The notes beneath the pieces are model-generated. The model did no database searches, had not been told where the DNA came from, and saw nothing but the letters and a program-made list of their open reading frames with translations. DNA of 64,000 bases. Origin: an uncultured delta proteobacterium (GTDB lineage: Bacteria > Desulfobacterota > Binatia > UBA9968). A program made the translations under genes and the position numbers. This document shows, piece by piece, positions 59,132 through 64,000 of this stretch. Positions within the stretch are counted from its first letter, which is position 1. Every line of letters starts with the position of its first letter. The stretch spans positions 1 through 64,000 of the forward strand of contig CAWDPO010000016.1 in the NCBI GenBank assembly GCA_963804165.1, in the 5' to 3' direction.

Positions 59132-60104
59132 GGCCGATGAAGAGTTCGTCCATCGGCAGCATCGTTTTCATCAGACCTTGCTCGATCTGGTAGCGGTTCA
59201 TTGCCGCTAGCGTGCGTTTTTCATTTTCGCCCATCATATAGGCGTAGGGATCTTCGCCGAGCACGTCGCGCTCTTTTTGGTAGCCGGAAATTTCGTCGCC
59301 GGACATGTACTGCGTGGCGACATCGCGTGCTTCCATGAAGGCGCGCGTCAGTTTCGCCGGCAGATCAGGATGGCGCGCGACCACTTCTCGCCGGATCGAC
59401 AGCACGTGCATGATCGGGTTGATGCCGGTCTTTTTCACGTAATCGATGATCTCCTGATTGTCATCGAAGAGCGGTTTTACACCCGGATATTCGGACATCA
59501 TTTTCGGCGTCTCGCCGCCGCCGAAGAAGCCCGCATATCCATTGTCGCCCGGCACCACGGCGCCGTGCAATTCCCCTTCGTTCAACATTTTTGAAAGCAC
59601 GATTTTCTCTCCGCCGAAGGGAGGCGGCGGCTCGATGCGCTGCACTTTGACCGGCAGCTCGTGGCCGATGAAAACTTCGCGGCCGGAAACAAACCACTGC
59701 ATGTCGGTGGTTTTGATGTTATGCGCGTCGAGTAAATAACCGCGTGCCCAGACGACGGCGGTGGCGCCGTAGCGGAAGCAGCCGAACTTTTTGCCGCGCA
59801 ATTCAGAGGGATGCTTGAGCCTGCCTTCGCAGTGATAGATATTGCGCTGGCGCGGACCGCGCTCGAAGAAGACCGGAATCGCGAGCAGTTGTTGTCCTTT
59901 CTCGATGGCGCGTAGCAGGCTTGCTGCGGAGACTTCGCCCACGTCCCATTCGCCGTGCAGATACTTGTAATGGCGCTCGCCGGAGGAGACAAAGTGAGGA
60001 TCGACGTCGAGTTCATAGCCCTCGATGCCGACTTTGCCGTCGATAATCGCCTGGCAGCGCGGATGGTCGGGTAGACCTAATGTGATTTTAGGTTTGTTGG
60101 ACAT
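59124..60104 (-). CDS. PhtD-like SBP-fold protein, no signal peptide
   Basis: WDVGEVS, AIPVF, YGATAVVWARG, PIMHVL, EDPYAY; paralogue of 11110-12114. Confidence 0.75.
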   Translation of the reverse strand: MSNKPKITLGLPDHPRCQAIIDGKVGIEGYELDVDPHFVSSGERHYKYLHGEWDVGEVSAASLLRAIEKGQQLLAIPVFFERGPRQRNIYHCEGRLKHPSELRGKKFGCFRYGATAVVWARGYLLDAHNIKTTDMQWFVSGREVFIGHELPVKVQRIEPPPPFGGEKIVLSKMLNEGELHGAVVPGDNGYAGFFGGGETPKMMSEYPGVKPLFDDNQEIIDYVKKTGINPIMHVLSIRREVVARHPDLPAKLTRAFMEARDVATQYMSGDEISGYQKERDVLGEDPYAYMMGENEKRTLAAMNRYQIEQGLMKTMLPMDELFIGHA

Positions 60105-60139
60105 GGCAAGTTCCTTTCAACATGGCAGAAATTATTCTC

Positions 60140-60286
60140 GTTCAAGCCGTTCAAAACGTTTCAATCGCTTGCGGTCGGTTCAAGCCCCCATCTGTTCCTC
60201 CCCCACGTCGTGGGGGAGGATGAAAGGAGGCCGGTTTGAACCTCCGTGACGGTTTGAACGACTTGAACGATTTGAACGGCTTGAAC
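60140..60286. repeat. Inverted 9-bp GTTCAANNC arrays with a nested palindrome
   Basis: gttcaagcc gttcaaaac gtttcaatc .. gttcaagcc [CTCCCCCACGTCGTGGGGGAG] ggtttgaac .. ggtttgaac gacttgaac gatttgaac ggcttgaac. Confidence 0.8.
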
Positions 60287-60295
60287 TCTTCTCTC

Positions 60296-61360
60296 CTATC
60301 TAGCTCCCCCGAAGATCTCCCGATAGCGATTGCCAATCGCTTGATAGCGTCTTCCTATATCGAAAATATCCGGCGTACGCACGTCCTGTCCCTCTAAAAT
60401 CTGGCTCTCGGGCGACTTGACCTTGGCGTTCGCGGGCATGCGATTCGTGGTCACGACGATTTTCTGTCCTTCCTCGGATAACAAATAGTCGATGAACAAC
60501 GCGCCGGTATAAGGGTGCGGGGCGGTGGCGTTCATGAAGACGAGGCTCGGACTCAAGAAGTACGGCTGGATCGGTGCGAAAGAGAGCGGCGCTCCCTGTT
60601 TGCTCAGCGTGAGCACGGAATTCAAATTCGTCTCCACCGCCATATCGAATTCCCCCGCGGCAACGAGTTGTGTCATGAGACGCCGGCCGCGCTGGTGCGA
60701 GATATTCTGCTCGTTCAGCCGTCTCATAAATCGCAATCCCGCCTCCTCGCCGAGATGCTGCATCATCGTACCGAACCAAACATAGGACTGGCTGTCCATG
60801 GTCAGCTTGCCCTTCCAGCGCGGCTTTAACAGATCTTCGGCCGTGCGCGGCGCGTCTTCTTTCTTGACCTGGCGCGTGTTGTAGGCGCTGACCATGACGT
60901 TGGTCATGTACGCCGTCCATAGCCCGTCTTTGTCTTTTAAGCCGTCGCGGAAAAATTCTCTTTCGGGCGAGCGGTAACGCATGGCGATCTTCTTGTCGAT
61001 CAGAGCCAAGACGCCGAGCTGTCCGCTCAGGACGACGTCGGAGATCGGCTTTCCCGCGCGCGCTTCGGAGTCGAGTCGAGTGATGATCGCCGCGCCGGAA
61101 AAATGCACGCTCGTCGCCTTTGCGCCGGGATGGCGTTTCATGAAGCCGTCGGTCAGTGGTTTCATTGCCGAGACATCCATGTTGGCGTAGATCACCGCTT
61201 CGCCTTCGTTTTTTGCGGCTTCGTATAGACGTTGCAGGCGTTCTTGCGACGCGAGTTTTTCCAGAGCCGCGAGTTTGGATTCCGCCGTTTGCGCGCGCAC
61301 CGCGATTGGCCACAGCAACGGTAGTGCGAGCGCCAGAGAAGCAATAAATTTTCGCGGCAT
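60296..61360 (-). CDS. Extracellular solute-binding protein (Fe3+/thiamine-type)
   Basis: Signal peptide (VRA-Q), AAKNEGEAVIY, YNTRQV...DLLKPRWKGK, LFIDYLLSEEGQ. Confidence 0.85.
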   Translation of the reverse strand: MPRKFIASLALALPLLWPIAVRAQTAESKLAALEKLASQERLQRLYEAAKNEGEAVIYANMDVSAMKPLTDGFMKRHPGAKATSVHFSGAAIITRLDSEARAGKPISDVVLSGQLGVLALIDKKIAMRYRSPEREFFRDGLKDKDGLWTAYMTNVMVSAYNTRQVKKEDAPRTAEDLLKPRWKGKLTMDSQSYVWFGTMMQHLGEEAGLRFMRRLNEQNISHQRGRRLMTQLVAAGEFDMAVETNLNSVLTLSKQGAPLSFAPIQPYFLSPSLVFMNATAPHPYTGALFIDYLLSEEGQKIVVTTNRMPANAKVKSPESQILEGQDVRTPDIFDIGRRYQAIGNRYREIFGGAR

Positions 61361-61421
61361 CGGCAAAACTCCTTGTTCAATCGCTAAGGGTTGATTCCCC
61401 ATGGCTCGCTACGTTTGAAGT

Positions 61422-61516
61422 CCGTCATTCCCGCATGCTTTAAGCGGTGGTTCGACTCAGCTCACCACAGGCGAGTCCGAATCTGGACCCCCGATAAAAA
61501 CATTCGGGGGTGACGG
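61422..61516. repeat. REP-like pair with a nested second palindrome
   Basis: CCGTCATTCCCGCATGCTTTAAGCGG [TGGTTCGACTCAGCTCACCA] CTGGACCCCCGATAAAAACATTCGGGGGTGACGG. Confidence 0.7.
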
Positions 61517-61584
61517 AATCGAAATCGTTTGCACGATGTGCTGTCGATACGCCCAGGTTGTGCGATGGTAGTTCATTAAAGCTT

Positions 61585-62583
61585 CTACTTGCGCCCCGCA
61601 ATGCCCAACTCTTTGTGAACTTCGCGAAGCAAGGAAAAGTCGACCAACTGCGCCAACGGCGGGCTGGCGGTGAGTTTCAACGGCTGAGTGATGGTTAAAT
61701 CGATGTTTTTGCGCATGTCGTCGTCGCTGACGCCGCCGGGATTTTGCGCGTCGATGGCTTTGGCGCAAATTTCCCATGCTCCTTCGATGACGTCGCGCGG
61801 GTGATTGAATTCGCTCTGGGCGATTTTCAACGTCTCCTCTTTGCGAGTCTTGACGAATTGCACGCTCTTGACCATTGCGCGCATCCAGCGCTTGAGCTTG
61901 TCGCGGCGATTGGCCAATTGCGCATCCGAGGTCGAATATCCCGCCCAGGGCCACGGTCCCATGTCGGCGAGGGCGGCCAATTCCGTGAATCCCTGCTTTT
62001 TGAGCAGCACAGCGGCGTCGGGATTAAAAGCGCGGGCGTGGATCGTGCCGTTGCGCATGGCGATCACCGAAGTCTCGGCGCCGCCGATATTCATGAACGT
62101 CACGTCTTTCCTCGGGTCCATGCCGCTATTCTGCAGCACCATGGACGCGGCCAACTCGGTGCTACCGCCGGGGCCAGTGGTGCCGATCACTTTTCCCTTC
62201 AAGTCCTGCACGCGCTTGATGCTGGGAGCGCCCATGAGTACGAAAAGCGATCGGTTATAGGGGAAAAAGATCGCTTTGAGCGGCGCGCCGCGCGCGGCTG
62301 CGCGCATCGAAGAACCGGCGATGCCGGCGACGTCGATCTCGCCCGCCAGCAGGGCCGTGACGACGACGCTCGAACCCACTTGAATCCATTGGACGTCGAG
62401 ATTTTCCTGAGCGAACATCCCGGCGCGCATGCCGACGTAGAGCGGCAGATAACCGAAGTCTCGGGTCGAGAGCGCGATGCGAAACAACTCGGCACGAACG
62501 TCTCTCGCGGAGCAGAGCATTATTGCCGCGAGAAGTGTGACGAGTAAGATGCGATGCGCGCAGCGGTGTAGTCGTGTTACCAT
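61585..62583 (-). CDS. ABC substrate-binding protein (NMT1/SsuA-like)
   Basis: Signal peptide; GMFAQENLDV, ALLAGEID, DLKGKVIG. Confidence 0.85.
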   Translation of the reverse strand: MVTRLHRCAHRILLVTLLAAIMLCSARDVRAELFRIALSTRDFGYLPLYVGMRAGMFAQENLDVQWIQVGSSVVVTALLAGEIDVAGIAGSSMRAAARGAPLKAIFFPYNRSLFVLMGAPSIKRVQDLKGKVIGTTGPGGSTELAASMVLQNSGMDPRKDVTFMNIGGAETSVIAMRNGTIHARAFNPDAAVLLKKQGFTELAALADMGPWPWAGYSTSDAQLANRRDKLKRWMRAMVKSVQFVKTRKEETLKIAQSEFNHPRDVIEGAWEICAKAIDAQNPGGVSDDDMRKNIDLTITQPLKLTASPPLAQLVDFSLLREVHKELGIAGRK

Positions 62584-62616
62584 TGTACTAGTGGAGCTCG
62601 ACCAATCGGACTGTTC

Positions 62617-62688
62617 CCCGCAAAGGCGCCAAGGCGCAAAGGTGAGAAGTATTTTCTTCCGAACTTAGCGTCTTTGCGCCTTTGCGGG
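62617..62688. repeat. Inverted array of 8-bp GCGCAAAG-type units
   Basis: CCCGCAAAGGCGCCAAGGCGCAAAG ... CTTAGCGTCTTTGCGCCTTTGCGGG. Confidence 0.75.
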
Positions 62689-62696
62689 AGATTTTC

Positions 62697-63647
62697 CTAA
62701 TCAAGATATCCTTTCTCGCGGAAATATTTTTTTGCCCCCGGATGTAGCGGAATATTCAACTGCCCGGCTTCCCCGCCGCGGCAAAACTCCGTCATCGTCA
62801 TGGGCCGTTTGTCGAAATGATCGACGGGAATTTGCGCGTGGCAAAGATCGACGGCTTTGGCCATCTCGTAAGTGATCGATGACGGTAAATCGGCGTGGCA
62901 GAAAAAAGTCCAGCCGCTAAAATCGACGCAGCGAATTGCCTGCTCGAGCTTCGGATATTGTCCGCGTGTAAGCATGGCGGTGGGGAAGCCGAGTTTTTGC
63001 ATGCGACGCGCGGCGTCGTCGTTGATCGGCAAGAATCGCATCCCCGTGTCGAGCGCGCGCTCACCCCAGCTTTTGACGCCTTCGTCGAAGACGGCGTCGG
63101 CACTGCCGGATTCGATTTGATCCCTGCGCTCAGGACCGCTCGGGTTGGGTGCTTCCATCACTTTACCGCCCCAACGTTCGATGTCGCGGTAACTCATGCC
63201 GTAAGCTTTGAGCACTTCCTCGATGGCGTAGACCGTGGTTTGGAGCTTGACCCGCCGGCGTGTCGAGATTCGCAGCGGATAGTGTTGCTTCTTAATGTCT
63301 TCGAGGGATTTGATGCCGGTTTCTTTACGTACGGCAAAGATCAGCCGGTCCCAAGTCGGAAATACGCCGATGGCGCGGAGTGGTATTTTTTTCTTGTAAA
63401 AGCCGCAGCCGAGGTAGGCCATGGCCGACAGACCGACGGGGTTGCCGAAGCCGAAGTCGCATTTCTTGTTGCCGACGAGAAGCGCCGGTCCGGTGCCGCC
63501 GAGCGCGGAGTCGCGCCAGCCCATGCGCACTGCGAGCTCAGATTGGCGAGGCAATTCCACATTATTGAAAAAGGTCAAAGCGACGACATTGGCGATGTCG
63601 ACGCGCTTGGAAGTTCCGCCGATGGTGAGTTTAACAGGTTTGTCCAT
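62697..63647 (-). CDS. TAXI-family TRAP solute-binding-like protein, no signal peptide
   Basis: LRAI, AVRKETGIKSLEDI, C-terminal IPLHPGAKKYFREKG. Confidence 0.8.
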   Translation of the reverse strand: MDKPVKLTIGGTSKRVDIANVVALTFFNNVELPRQSELAVRMGWRDSALGGTGPALLVGNKKCDFGFGNPVGLSAMAYLGCGFYKKKIPLRAIGVFPTWDRLIFAVRKETGIKSLEDIKKQHYPLRISTRRRVKLQTTVYAIEEVLKAYGMSYRDIERWGGKVMEAPNPSGPERRDQIESGSADAVFDEGVKSWGERALDTGMRFLPINDDAARRMQKLGFPTAMLTRGQYPKLEQAIRCVDFSGWTFFCHADLPSSITYEMAKAVDLCHAQIPVDHFDKRPMTMTEFCRGGEAGQLNIPLHPGAKKYFREKGYLD

Positions 63648-63726
63648 GTTGTGGTCCTAATGAATTCTTCTGCTGGATTGAGTCGGAGTATTCACTACGA
63701 GGCGAAGCCGCAAACCCAACTCGGAG

Positions 63727-63842
63727 TATCTCCCGCAAAGGCGCGAAGGCCGCAAAGGTCGGAGATTATGGTTGAAAATCATGCGTGAGAGTCTTCCTCT
63801 TTCCCCTATAAACTTGGCGCCTTTGCGCCTTGCCGGGAGATA
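63727..63842. repeat. Inverted array of 8-bp GCGCAAAG-type units
   Basis: TATCTCCCGCAAAGGCGCGAAGGCCGCAAAG ... CTTGGCGCCTTTGCGCCTTGCCGGGAGATA. Confidence 0.75.
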
Positions 63843-63852
63843 TTCGCGAAAT

Positions 63853-63999
63853 TCAGTTCGCCTGCCGTGGGCGCCGGCCGCCGGGCCGGGGAAAATGCAG
63901 TTCCAGATAATTGCCCTCGGAGTCGAACATATAAATGGTATTGCCGCTGTCGCGCTCGACGCTGCGATGAAACCGGCCGATTTCCTTCGCGGTCTTCAG
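63853..63999 (-). CDS. C-terminus of a VOC/glyoxalase family protein (cut by window edge)
   Basis: Manual translation ..DSGNTIYMFDSEGNYLELHFP..RQAN*. Confidence 0.6.
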   Translation of the reverse strand: MKTAKEIGRFHRSVERDSGNTIYMFDSEGNYLELHFPRPGGRRPRQAN

Positions 64000-64000
64000 C

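Noticed and set aside
51237-60286. CRISPR array interpretation of the GTTCCA/GTTCAA repeats
   Set aside because: The units are 9 bp with 3-bp variable parts and are arranged as inverted arms. There are no 25-40 bp repeats with unique spacers and no cas genes.
60300-63788. Long alternative-frame and antisense ORFs (60300-61313, 61744-62547, 62895-63788 and similar across the window)
   Set aside because: They shadow well-supported genes and are expected in GC-rich DNA.

Overview
A GC-rich bacterial chromosome segment. The gene mix (orphan solute-binding proteins, UbiD/MmgE/AOR paralogues, ispE-spoVG-tRNA-Gln-prs-rplY-pth-rpsF-rpsR-rplI, dense intergenic palindromes) resembles Candidatus Binatia / former Deltaproteobacteria; this placement is inference only. 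Five blocks are visible. (1) 1-3.7 kb: TcuA-like flavoprotein, solute-binding protein (SBP) and MmgE/PrpD. (2) 4-34.7 kb: an accessory region with an RpoD-like sigma paralogue, an HDO/gentisate-dioxygenase/UbiD cluster, an mdtABC-OMF efflux operon, several small uncharacterised exported proteins, a DUF4118 kinase plus NtrC-family activator, ManC-like, USP and SodC. At least seven units here carry a sigma-54 -24/-12 motif, suggesting one local regulon. (3) 34.77-37.34 kb: a 2.5 kb integrase-less mini-island bounded by tRNA-Arg(CCG) and a 42-bp copy of its 3' half, carrying a toxin-antitoxin (TA) pair and a DAHP synthase. (4) 37.4-44.5 kb: core translation and housekeeping genes. (5) 44.6-64 kb: a catabolic region with two divergent aldehyde:ferredoxin oxidoreductases, a 4x[4Fe-4S] partner, orphan SBPs and several families of intergenic inverted repeats. 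Many genes carry single-base frameshifts that may be assembly errors. No CRISPR array, rRNA, integrase or transposase was seen. All family calls come from motif recognition by eye; no database search was run.
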